This document shows, in pieces, positions 31,898-40,967 of a DNA stretch of 64,000 nucleotides. Position 1 is the first letter of the stretch, and each line of letters starts with the position of its first letter. The notes under the pieces are model-generated. The model was not told the DNA's origin and ran no database searches. It saw only the letters and a list, made by a program, of their open reading frames with translations. Position numbers and translations under genes: made by a program. This DNA is from an uncultured Chloroflexia bacterium (GTDB lineage Bacteria; Chloroflexota; Anaerolineae; JAAYZQ01), in assembly GCA_963700285.1 (NCBI GenBank), contig CAVOXA010000001.1, positions 1,504,001 to 1,568,000 of the forward strand. The letters run 5' to 3'.

Positions 31898-32070
31898 GAC
31901 AGTCGACTCCTTATGATAGGCTCCAGTTCGCTGATTATATCACAAGTGGCAGCCGTAGCACAATCAGTTGTACGCGGATTCGACGGGGACTGCCCACCTT
32001 TTGCGGCGGGCCGGCCGAGCACTCTGCGCAACCCGCGTATGGTGGCGGCGAGAAATATCGAGATGTGAGC

Positions 32071-32523
32071 TTAGGGGACCTGGGCCGAAGACTTGTGGTC
32101 CGCTAGACCCGCAATCCCTTGGATCCGCTTGACCATGTGAACTGTGTTTCCGTCCTCAGCACTGAAATGATACTGCACGTCATCCATCATCCGGTGCATA
32201 AGGTATACACCCAGGCCTCCCAGAGGCCGCTCCTCCAGGGGGGCCGTCACATCTGGAATGGGCACCTCGGCTGGATCAAAGGCGGTGCCCCAATCACGGA
32301 TGGTGACCTGGACGCAGTCAGCCTGTGTTTCGAGATGGATCTCCATCGGCCCGCCTTGACCATGATAGGCATGCTCGATCACGTTGGTGCAGGCTTCTCC
32401 CACGACTGTGTGCAGGGTGGACAGGGTCTGGTCATCCAGACCTTGGTCATGGCCTACCTGATCCACAAAGGCATGGATGGTTGCCATCTGGGAGAGATCG
32501 GCAGAGAGGCTCAGCGAGGACAT
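32071..32523 (-). CDS. Anti-sigma factor / Ser kinase (RsbW-like)
   Basis: EACTNVIEHAY, DWGTAFDP, GGLGVYLM. Confidence 0.9.
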   Translation of the reverse strand: MSSLSLSADLSQMATIHAFVDQVGHDQGLDDQTLSTLHTVVGEACTNVIEHAYHGQGGPMEIHLETQADCVQVTIRDWGTAFDPAEVPIPDVTAPLEERPLGGLGVYLMHRMMDDVQYHFSAEDGNTVHMVKRIQGIAGLADHKSSAQVP

Positions 32524-32651
32524 GGTGTCAGGTCTCCTGTTCGGGCATCATCGACGGGGATTCATCGTTCGTCCCCTGAGGAATGGTGCAGCCCGGGGCA
32601 TCGAGCCGCCAAGTCTGGCCGGCGGCTGCGGCTATTGCCCCCCTGAACGCA

Positions 32652-34457
32652 TCAGGTGTCCGAGGGAACTCGGCGGACCACAAACAGGGTGAGATCATCC
32701 GACTGGGGGATGTCCCCGGTAAAGGCGCGGATGGCCCTGACGATGGCCTCCTGGAGTTGCTGCGCGCTGGCTCCGTTGCTTGCTCTTATCGCCTCCTCGA
32801 GCCGGTCTTGACCAAAGAGCACATGGTTGATGTCCATCGCCTCGGTCACACCATCGGTATAAAAGATCAAATAATCGTCAGGTTCCACGGAGACTTCCAC
32901 GTCCTCAAGTTCTATCTTGCCAAAGATACCCAGCACGATACCCTGGGCACGCAGCTCCTGAATCTCACCCGAGCCGGGGCGGAACCAAAGGGGCGGGTTG
33001 TGACCGGCATTGGTATAGGTAATCTGGCCCGTTCCAATGTCGAGTACAGCGTAGAAGGCGGTCAAGAACAGGTCAGCTCTCCTGCCCTGCAGCATCAAGC
33101 TGTTGGCCAGCGATAGGGCGGCTTTTGGGCTGCGTCTGGCCAGGGCCGTGGTACGGATTATGGTCGACCCTCGGGCCATGAACAGGGCCGCGGGCACGCC
33201 CTTGCCCGCTACATCGGCAATGACCATTCCCAGACGCTGAGGCTCTCCAGGCAGCTCAATAAAGTCATAGAAGTCGCCGCCGACTTCGCGCGCAGCCTGG
33301 TAGAATGCGGCGAACTCCCAGCCTGGTACCGACGGACAGCTCTCTGGCAACAGGCCAATCTGGATCTGCTGGCCCAAGGCAAGATCTCTTTCCAGCGCCA
33401 GCATCTTGACCTCTTCTTCGTGTAGGCGAGCCTTGTCGATGGCCAAAGCTGCCTGGTTGGCCATCAGGTACAGGAAACGGACTTCGCCAGCCTGTGGGGA
33501 CCGGGGTTCCCGCTGATTCAGCATCAGGACCCCCAACGCGTCGCCATTCAACAGCAGGGGCACTATCGCATACGCGACAAAGCCTTCCTCCTGCAGCCAG
33601 TCGGGCACCCAGGTAGGATCTTGGTCATGGATATCCGCTACCAGGAGGGTTTGCCGGGTGTGCATCACCTGTCCAGGGCCGCTTCGGTTGTCAGCAGGCA
33701 GCTGCCGCCGCTCTTTGCCCGGATCGTGGCGCCAGCCACTCGTGGCCCGATACTCGAGACAGCCAGGCACTTCGCTGGGCAGCAGCAGGGCAGCGGCATC
33801 GGCGGAGAGCAGTCTTCGGACTTCTTGGACAAGGTGTTCGATGAGTTCGGACAGATCTAGATGGCTCAACAGTTGGCGCGAGAGGCTGAGCAACGCCTCC
33901 TGCTCGTGCCAACGCTGATCCCGCAACAGGTCAAAGAACTGTGCCCGCTCCAGTGCGATCCCCATCTGGCTGCCGACATTCGTCAGCAGGCTCAGAGCCT
34001 GGGGACTAAAAGAGTCCCAGTCTGCTGCGGCCACATTGAGCATGCCCAGGACACGGTTTCCTGAGCGAAGTGGCGCCGATGCGTGTACGGCCAACCCCCG
34101 CCGATCTCCCCGGACTCGGCTGAGGCGGTTGCAGTATACTTCGTTGTATGCCTTGGTCAGATCACCTGACATCGCGAGTTCCCGGCAGGTGCAGCTTCCC
34201 TCCCAGGCAGCCGTGTTGTCAAGGGACAGAGCTGGGGGCAGGTTGTGGTGCGCGGCCAGGGCAAAGGTCCCATTTGCCCCGGCGCCTTGGTCTTGCGGGT
34301 CCATGAGGATGATCCAGCCGGTCTCCAGGCCCATCAACTCGACCAGATGTGCCAATGCGTCGTTGAGCACGCTGCGGACATCGACAGCCTGGTTCAGAGT
34401 ATCCGAAATGTGGTTCAGGGTTGTCAGTTTCTCGATCAGGTCGGTGTCTGTGGGCAT
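32652..34457 (-). CDS. GAF-GAF-PP2C (SpoIIE/RsbU-like) phosphatase
   Basis: VGGDFYD, DVAGKG, NAGH, YTDG, DDLT. Confidence 0.92.
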   Translation of the reverse strand: MPTDTDLIEKLTTLNHISDTLNQAVDVRSVLNDALAHLVELMGLETGWIILMDPQDQGAGANGTFALAAHHNLPPALSLDNTAAWEGSCTCRELAMSGDLTKAYNEVYCNRLSRVRGDRRGLAVHASAPLRSGNRVLGMLNVAAADWDSFSPQALSLLTNVGSQMGIALERAQFFDLLRDQRWHEQEALLSLSRQLLSHLDLSELIEHLVQEVRRLLSADAAALLLPSEVPGCLEYRATSGWRHDPGKERRQLPADNRSGPGQVMHTRQTLLVADIHDQDPTWVPDWLQEEGFVAYAIVPLLLNGDALGVLMLNQREPRSPQAGEVRFLYLMANQAALAIDKARLHEEEVKMLALERDLALGQQIQIGLLPESCPSVPGWEFAAFYQAAREVGGDFYDFIELPGEPQRLGMVIADVAGKGVPAALFMARGSTIIRTTALARRSPKAALSLANSLMLQGRRADLFLTAFYAVLDIGTGQITYTNAGHNPPLWFRPGSGEIQELRAQGIVLGIFGKIELEDVEVSVEPDDYLIFYTDGVTEAMDINHVLFGQDRLEEAIRASNGASAQQLQEAIVRAIRAFTGDIPQSDDLTLFVVRRVPSDT

Positions 34458-34518
34458 AGAAGGTGTTCCGTCTCAACGGACTGAAGCCAGGCCTACCAGC
34501 TCCAAAAAAGAAGTTCTG

Positions 34519-34917
34519 CTAGAATGAGGCCAAAGCCTTGCGCTGGTTGGAGTAGACATCCAGAAACATATCAAAACCCGTGGCCTTCAGTACCTGGAGA
34601 GCATCGGAACTGGGATTCAGCAACTTAAAGTGGGAGGAATGATAGGTCCCGGCCTTGATCCCATCTCGAATGGCCTCGTCATTCTGCTCGGGCGAATCTG
34701 TGCGCAGCAGCAAGAATATCTGGTGCATGGCTCTCAACCCAGCGCTGCTCAGAAAAGACACCTTGCTCAAGTCGAGCAGCAGATAGCGCATTCCGGCATC
34801 GAATGCATCCTGGGCCTGCTGGACCAACTGTCCCTCTGTTTCCGCCGTCAGCTCGCCCTTGATCTGGAAAATTGTCACGGGGACACGTGCTTCTTCCTCT
34901 GAGACAACTACCTCCAT
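34519..34917 (-). CDS. STAS anti-anti-sigma factor
   Basis: LLDLSKVSFLSSAGLR. Confidence 0.88.
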   Translation of the reverse strand: MEVVVSEEEARVPVTIFQIKGELTAETEGQLVQQAQDAFDAGMRYLLLDLSKVSFLSSAGLRAMHQIFLLLRTDSPEQNDEAIRDGIKAGTYHSSHFKLLNPSSDALQVLKATGFDMFLDVYSNQRKALASF

Positions 34918-35076
34918 GGCTTACCACCTCTTTCTGCATCCATGATGCGATCATAGCTGGAGATCAAGTTCTGGGGAGGCGTCCTTCTATCCCATCCACC
35001 GTGAGACTCGATACCCTGCAAGCTCTAGTCAGAACCATGCCCGGGCCGCACCTCATAGTGGTTCTGCTCGTGTCCA

Positions 35077-35155
35077 ATTATAGACTTGAACGGGTGACTT
35101 GTCAAGTTAGAGTAAGATAAAAATGATTATATTTACGATGATGAATGGACGTCAA
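35077..35155 (-). promoter_or_regulatory. Tandem sigma70-type promoters for the STAS operon
   Basis: TTGACA-17-TATAAT (35077-35105) and TTGACG-18-TATAAT (35126-35155). Confidence 0.7.
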
Positions 35156-35281
35156 GGTTGCGACAGTCCGGGCCCGCTGATCTAACAAGATGGCTAGTGC
35201 AGGGAGTTGCTCCCTCCCTGGCGTTAGATTATCCACCAGGGACGGGAGCCAAAGTCCATTTTTCACAGGTTTTCTGAAACG

Positions 35282-37252
35282 CTACTGGGTAGGAAGCTGG
35301 CCGACTACTTGGAATGAGCCGAGGATCCGGTCCAGCGCGTCCGCATCAGCATCGCTCACGATCATGACCTGGAGCCAGATCAGGTAAGATTGGTCCTGTG
35401 GTGCTGCAGCGAGGTTGATGAAGGTAGTGCCCTCCCCACCACAGTTGGTATAGTGATCGAAGAGACCTTCGTAGACCGAATCGCGATATTCTTTGCGTCC
35501 CTCGTACTGGCAGTCACCGGAGAAATCATGGTCCTCCATGTTCAGCAGGTCTTCACCAGTCATCGCCTGCAGCAGAGTGCTTGAGGCTCCAAAGAATACG
35601 CCAGGCTCCGTCCACGTCTCGTAGAAGCCGTCCAAATCCGCAGAGGCCACGATGGCGCTTCCGACGCTCTCGCCCTCCAAATTCCAGGACCTGCCGCTGA
35701 AATCGCTCCAGGCGACTGGGATCTCCATGGTCATTGCGCCCGAGTCGTCCTTGACAAAGGCATAGTCCGAGTAGCTTGAGGCGCCGCTGTCGCTGCCGGT
35801 GCCGGCTTCGCCGGTATCGACCTCCTGGGCAAAGGAGAACGCTTGCTCCAGGACCCGGCCGTTGATCTGGCCCTCCAGTACCTCTTCGGTCGAGAAGCGT
35901 ATGACTTTCAGGTCCAGCGTATCCCCTGGCTGGTGCGTGCGCAGGATGTCGCAATAGTCGGACTTTGTATAGTCGGTGGCCAGGACGAGGCCCTCCATTT
36001 CGGTGATGATGTCGCCACCTTTCACGCCAGCCCGGTCGGCGGGAGAACCCGACTCCACCGATGAGACCCAGATGCCGGACAGACCCTCGCCGGTATTCAC
36101 CGCCTCGCTGTTCACGCCGATTGAATTGACGTCCTGGCCTGCCTGCAGTTGCTCGATGATCGGCAGAGCCTCGGCCCGGGCGATGGCAAAATGCTGCTCC
36201 GTATCCGCGTTACCCGCATAGTGGATGGCCACTACCTTTCCATCCTCGGTGACCACGGGACCTCCGGAATTCCCCGGATTGGTCAGGGCACTGTGCTCAA
36301 TGACCGAGTCCACTGAAGCCCAGTTAGTCTCACCACCAGCTTTCTCCTTGGAGATGATGCCCTGCAGCAGGGTATACTCTGGGTCGCCCAGTGGGAAGCC
36401 AGCGGCATAGATCGGCAAGCCAACCGTTAGATCGCCGCCGTACCACTCCAGGTAAGGATAGCCATCACCCTCAATGTCGATCACTGCCAGGTCTGAGCAT
36501 TCGGAGACGCCCAGGATCTTGGCGTTGCGCGGCTCGGATTCGCCCCCAACAAGGACCCGCAACAAGGCTGCCCCTGTGACGACATGGTTGTTGGTGACGG
36601 CAATGCCCGAAGGGTCGATGATGAATCCTGAGCCAGCGCCGGCTACATTCTGCACCTGGCCGAACTCGGGGTGGACAAAGCTGCCAGCAGCTTCAATCTG
36701 GATGGTGGCACTTTTCACATCCTGTAGCCTGGACACGGCACCCCCCGAGGCCGTTTCTGGCGTCTGTGTTGGCTCTGGGGCTGGCGCCGCGGCGACGCCG
36801 CCCGGCCCGACGACCTTGAAGCCGTAGGTACCGGCAGGAGTCCCATTGACGTACAGCCGGGCCTCATACTCATCACCCACGGGGAATTGAGTGTCAGGCG
36901 TAAGGGTAAAGCCCACAAGGGTATTGCCTCCAACCAGGAATATAAGCCCTTCCTCTTCCCACAGCTCTGCCAGATCCAGACTTACTTCGGTTATCTCCTG
37001 GTCCCCATAGAAAAAGCGTGCGCCCACCACTCCCTCTTTCGGGTTGCCGTTGAGTGTCACCGAGAGGTAGACTGGCTCCTCGGGCTGAAACTCATCGCCC
37101 GGATCGACGGGCTCCATTTGCTCGCCGAGACCGTGGGCAAAGGTGGCCTCCACAATCTCAGGTGGCCCCGCTGGTTCATCAGCGCCGCCTCCACAGGCAG
37201 CGACCGTCAGCGCCAGAACGACAAACAGGAATACAAGCACGTGTGATTTCAT
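35282..37252 (-). CDS. Lipoprotein S1C (HtrA-like) serine protease with PDZ and extra N- and C-terminal domains
   Basis: Lipobox VAAC; TNNHV, DLAVI, PGNSGGP; SPADRAGVKGGDII. Confidence 0.9.
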   Translation of the reverse strand: MKSHVLVFLFVVLALTVAACGGGADEPAGPPEIVEATFAHGLGEQMEPVDPGDEFQPEEPVYLSVTLNGNPKEGVVGARFFYGDQEITEVSLDLAELWEEEGLIFLVGGNTLVGFTLTPDTQFPVGDEYEARLYVNGTPAGTYGFKVVGPGGVAAAPAPEPTQTPETASGGAVSRLQDVKSATIQIEAAGSFVHPEFGQVQNVAGAGSGFIIDPSGIAVTNNHVVTGAALLRVLVGGESEPRNAKILGVSECSDLAVIDIEGDGYPYLEWYGGDLTVGLPIYAAGFPLGDPEYTLLQGIISKEKAGGETNWASVDSVIEHSALTNPGNSGGPVVTEDGKVVAIHYAGNADTEQHFAIARAEALPIIEQLQAGQDVNSIGVNSEAVNTGEGLSGIWVSSVESGSPADRAGVKGGDIITEMEGLVLATDYTKSDYCDILRTHQPGDTLDLKVIRFSTEEVLEGQINGRVLEQAFSFAQEVDTGEAGTGSDSGASSYSDYAFVKDDSGAMTMEIPVAWSDFSGRSWNLEGESVGSAIVASADLDGFYETWTEPGVFFGASSTLLQAMTGEDLLNMEDHDFSGDCQYEGRKEYRDSVYEGLFDHYTNCGGEGTTFINLAAAPQDQSYLIWLQVMIVSDADADALDRILGSFQVVGQLPTQ

Positions 37253-37344
37253 GGATACCCTACCTTTTTATTCACTCTGTGACGAAAGTGGTGTCGGCCG
37301 AGTTCTGGCAGGAGATTCATTCCAATATCGTCCCTCCTGCCTCC

Positions 37345-37788
37345 TCAATTGCCCCCTGCTTCTAGAGGGTAGCCGGCGGCATCCCAGGCCGCCAGCCCGC
37401 CCTTTAGCGCGTAGACCTTGGCTGGATCCACTCCCTGGTCGATCACTGTCAGCGCCGCACGGGCGCTGGTCTCTTCAGCCGGTCAAGTTCAATAGAAGAC
37501 GAGCGATTTGTCGGCCGGAAGCTCACTGGAGCGCACGGCTGCCTCGCCTGCCGGGAAGGAGATGGCTCCGGCGGCGTGGGCCTGCAGGTAGGCGGCTGCG
37601 GACCGGGCATCGTAGATCAGGGCCTCGCCGCTGTCCAGCAGCGCCTTGGCATCCGCCGCTGTAATGCGCTGGATGTCGTCGGCACTCTCTACCACGATTT
37701 GCGGCTCCGCTGCGGGCGTCGCGCCGCCGCAAGCGACCAACATCAGCGTCAGACCGGCCAGAATGATCGTCGCCAACCATTTGTTCAT
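37345..37788 (-). CDS. Rhodanese-like lipoprotein, candidate selenoprotein with two Sec (U100, U102)
   Basis: Lipobox LVAC; DARS..HAAGA; frame continues FY-TGA-T-TGA-PAEETSARAA..VYALKGGLAAWDAAGYPLE to stop at 37345. Confidence 0.8.
37450..37468 (-). promoter_or_regulatory. Candidate bacterial SECIS hairpin
   Basis: CAGCGCC-CGUGC-GGCGCUG; loop begins 21 and 27 nt after the two UGAs, G at loop position 2. Confidence 0.6.
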
Positions 37789-37843
37789 CTGCAACTCCCT
37801 TCGAGGTTGTGGGGGCTGTTCTCCCGAGTGTACCCACTCGATC

Positions 37844-38902
37844 TCAGCCGATAGCAATCATTCGCTCTACGGCACGTGTTGCCCGTACCCGGATCTCGTC
37901 CGGAACCTCGATCACGTACCGCGTGTACTTGAGCGCATTAAGGGTATCTTCCATGGTGATCTCGTTCATGTGCGGGCATCGGACCCGGCAGAGCCGGAGC
38001 ATCTCCTTCGTAGGATTGGCCGCGGCGACGTTGTCACCCATGGCGCATTCCGTCAGCAAGAGATAGCGCGGCGCTGCCGTCGTTTCAACGTAGCCAATCA
38101 TCGCTGATGTGCTCCCCGAAAAGTCGGAGGCCGCAACCACCGCAGGACTACATTCGGGGTGGGCCAGGATGACGACGTCGGGGAACTGTGCCCTGACATC
38201 AGCGATATCCTGGACCGTGAACTTTTCATGGACCTCGCATTTCCCGTGCCAGCCCACCATCTGGTAATCGAGAGCAGGATCTTGGCTGCCAACCGGTGTG
38301 GGTGTCCGGGTAGGAAAAATGATGTGCTTGCCCGTTGTCTCGGCCACGTTGCGGGCGAGATATTCGTCGGGCAGGAATAGTACCGTATCGGTGCCCAGCG
38401 ACTCGATCACTGCCACCGCGTTGCCCGAGGTGCAGCAGATGTCGCTTTCTGCCTTTACGTCGGCATAAGTATTGACATAAGTCACCACGGGTATGCCAGG
38501 ATATCTCCTCTTGAGCTCCCGGACATCCTCGGCCGTGATACTCTCTGCCAGCGAACAGCCGGCCCGGGCTGCAGGGAGCAGGACTGTCTTGGTAGGATTG
38601 AGGATTTTGGCCGTCTCGGCCATGAAACGTACGCCACAGAAGATGATGATATCCCGATCTGTCTGTGCTGCCATTCGAGCCAAAGCCAGCGAGTCCCCGG
38701 TATAGTCCGGGATCGAATGGAACAGCGCTGGCTCCATATAGTTGTGCCCAAGGATGACGGCGTTCCTCTCTTCCTTGAGCCGGAGGATCTCGTAGGCCAG
38801 GTCGGCCTTTATCCGTAACTCAAAGTCTGGAACGATGTCGGCAAGCTTGGCCTTCATTTCAAGATAGATCTTGTCGGCTGACAATCCAAGAGCCTCCTTC
38901 AC
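37844..38902 (-). CDS. nadA: Quinolinate synthase
   Basis: ILGHNYM, FCGVRFMAETAKIL, CSLA, CEVH, HPEC, CPHM. Confidence 0.96.
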   Translation of the reverse strand: MKEALGLSADKIYLEMKAKLADIVPDFELRIKADLAYEILRLKEERNAVILGHNYMEPALFHSIPDYTGDSLALARMAAQTDRDIIIFCGVRFMAETAKILNPTKTVLLPAARAGCSLAESITAEDVRELKRRYPGIPVVTYVNTYADVKAESDICCTSGNAVAVIESLGTDTVLFLPDEYLARNVAETTGKHIIFPTRTPTPVGSQDPALDYQMVGWHGKCEVHEKFTVQDIADVRAQFPDVVILAHPECSPAVVAASDFSGSTSAMIGYVETTAAPRYLLLTECAMGDNVAAANPTKEMLRLCRVRCPHMNEITMEDTLNALKYTRYVIEVPDEIRVRATRAVERMIAIG

Positions 38903-38925
38903 CGCTACTCCCGTAGCATAGCCTT

Positions 38926-39414
38926 CTAAAGGGTGGCGCAGGCCGCGATATGGCCGCCCATTGTGTCAGGTTCAGCATTTGCCCGTATCTCTTCCAGTTC
39001 CCGTGCCTGGTCGCAGATGTCTGCCAGGGTAATGGAATCCAAGAACTCTGCCATCGTTGCCGACAGATCCAACCACAGCCGGTGGGCTATGCAATGATCT
39101 AGCCGGTGGCATGGATCTTTATACATGGGCAAGACGCAATCTACGGCGGCAATGGGACCCTCCACGGCACGCACTATTTCCCCTATCCGGATGAGCTCAG
39201 GGTCCCGGGCCAGAAGATAGCCGCCACTCGGTCCCTTGACGCCTACGACCAGCCCATTGTTGCGTAGCTGCCGAAACAGTTGGGCCACATAGTCAGGCGA
39301 GAGTTCCTGCCGCTCTGCTATCTCGCGACGGAGTACTGGCCCCCCCGAATCGTGCAGCGCCAGGTCAAGCATGGCCCGCAGTGCGTATCGCCCTCGCGTG
39401 GTAACTTTCATCAT
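38926..39414 (-). CDS. Rrf2 family regulator, IscR-like
   Basis: TTRGRYALRAM, GPSGGY, C-x8-C-x5-C-x2-H. Confidence 0.9.
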   Translation of the reverse strand: MMKVTTRGRYALRAMLDLALHDSGGPVLRREIAERQELSPDYVAQLFRQLRNNGLVVGVKGPSGGYLLARDPELIRIGEIVRAVEGPIAAVDCVLPMYKDPCHRLDHCIAHRLWLDLSATMAEFLDSITLADICDQARELEEIRANAEPDTMGGHIAACATL

Positions 39415-39437
39415 GTGACTTGTTCTCCCTGGACCCC

Positions 39438-39470
39438 ATTATGCAATAGTTGAGGGATTTTGTCAAGTTC
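39438..39470 (-). promoter_or_regulatory. Promoter overlapped by an IscR type-1-like operator
   Basis: TTGACA-17-CATAAT; GAACTTGACAAAATCCCTCAACTAT matches ATASYYGACTRWWWYAGTCRRSTAT at 20 of 25 positions by hand. Confidence 0.65.
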
Positions 39471-39601
39471 TGACGCTCATGATTGAGCCCTTCTCGGGTA
39501 GGCGCGGAGCGAAAGGTCGATGGAACAGCGTCTGTCAGGGAAGAGTCCGTGTGGGTGTTGGATCCGCCTGGCAGCCCCATGGGGTAGGGTTTGGATCGGG
39601 G

Positions 39602-40735
39602 CTATGATCGACGCCGGGCGACGAGCACTGCCAGCCCGGTCGTGAGGGGTACGCCAGCCAGCAGCCCCAGGCTGCCCACCAGGGTGCGAACGATCTCCTC
39701 AGCAACAATCTCCCGGTTGAGGGTGATGCCCAGCGGCACAGCAAAGACGGTGAACAGAAGCAAAAGTGGCAGTGATGCCCCTACATAGGCCAGGAAAAGC
39801 GTGTTGACCATAGCCGCGATATGGTCTCGACCCACGATCATCCCGTGCGCAAACAGTGCCCGCCAGCCCAGGGCAGGGTTGGCTTTGTTCAGCTCAAAGA
39901 TGGTTGACGACTGGCCCACAGCGATGTCGTCCAGGGCGCCCAGCGTACCGATGATGATGCCGGCCAGCAGCAATCCCTGCGTATCAATCTGAAAGCCGGC
40001 TGCCTGGAGAAAGCTCGCCTCCTCGGCGCCAAACCCAGATAGCCGTGTCCAACTTACCGACCAGAAGGCCAGTAACCCGGTGAGGACAAGGGTGACGAAA
40101 AGCCCTGCCACGGCAACGTGCGTTTTTCCGTTCCAACCATAGACCAGGTACAGGCTGACGCCCATCATAACCACGGAGCCGGCGATGGCGACCACTACCG
40201 GATTCCACCCGGCCAGGATACGGGGTACGATGAAACCGACAATGACCAGGAGGCTAAAGCCCATGCCCAGGAGAGAACGTACGCCCTGCCGGCCACTGAG
40301 TACCACAGTAGCCACTGCGAATAGCAGGGTCAGCCACAGCAATGGCCCCGTGCGAACAAAGTCACCAACGAGAAAGACGTCCTCTCCATCCAGCGTAACA
40401 GCGTGGTCCACCAGTACCCGGTCACCCGCTCGGAACATGCGGCTTTCATTGGTAAAGCCCAGCAGACCATGCTCGATTTCTATTTCCTGGCCGGCCAGCG
40501 GACCGCCAGATAGCCGCAGCAGCAGTCGCTGGTAGGGCTGCGCGAACTCACCCTGGGCAATGGTTCTTTCTTCCAGCACCTTTATGACCGAGGCACGGAT
40601 TGTCTCGCTTTCACCGGGCGCCAGGCTGCTTGCGGGGTTGAGTCTTTGACGCCCAGCAACGGCGCCCAACAGCACAAGGATGGCGATGACAATCAGCGCC
40701 ACAACAAGCCACCAAATCCGGTTCGATCGCAGCAT
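39602..40735 (-). CDS. YibE/F family membrane protein
   Basis: GALDDIAV..Q, GRDHIAAMVNTLFLAYVG, EEIVRTLVGS. Confidence 0.9.
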   Translation of the reverse strand: MLRSNRIWWLVVALIVIAILVLLGAVAGRQRLNPASSLAPGESETIRASVIKVLEERTIAQGEFAQPYQRLLLRLSGGPLAGQEIEIEHGLLGFTNESRMFRAGDRVLVDHAVTLDGEDVFLVGDFVRTGPLLWLTLLFAVATVVLSGRQGVRSLLGMGFSLLVIVGFIVPRILAGWNPVVVAIAGSVVMMGVSLYLVYGWNGKTHVAVAGLFVTLVLTGLLAFWSVSWTRLSGFGAEEASFLQAAGFQIDTQGLLLAGIIIGTLGALDDIAVGQSSTIFELNKANPALGWRALFAHGMIVGRDHIAAMVNTLFLAYVGASLPLLLLFTVFAVPLGITLNREIVAEEIVRTLVGSLGLLAGVPLTTGLAVLVARRRS

Positions 40736-40967
40736 GTGGGTCAACCTACTTTGAAGGATGGCACTCTGCCAGAGTGTAGCACATGGCTGGAAACTGGCCA
40801 AGTTTCCCCTCGTGTAGCAACATGTGCTGCTTCCCTGTTCAGTATACCGTTGCCTGGCCACTCAAACTATGGTAAGATAGGGCTACTCAGGAGGTACGGA
40901 CAGGTACCGTTGGGGTAAGATAGGTTTAGATTCTAGGCGCCGTGCAGACGGGCCGCCGGAGGCCAGG

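Noticed and set aside
35200-35285. Possible IS end remnant after the HtrA gene
   Set aside because: No partner inverted repeat or target duplication found
37483-37491. TGA reassigned genome-wide to Trp or Gly
   Set aside because: TGA terminates many intact genes in this window at expected C-termini
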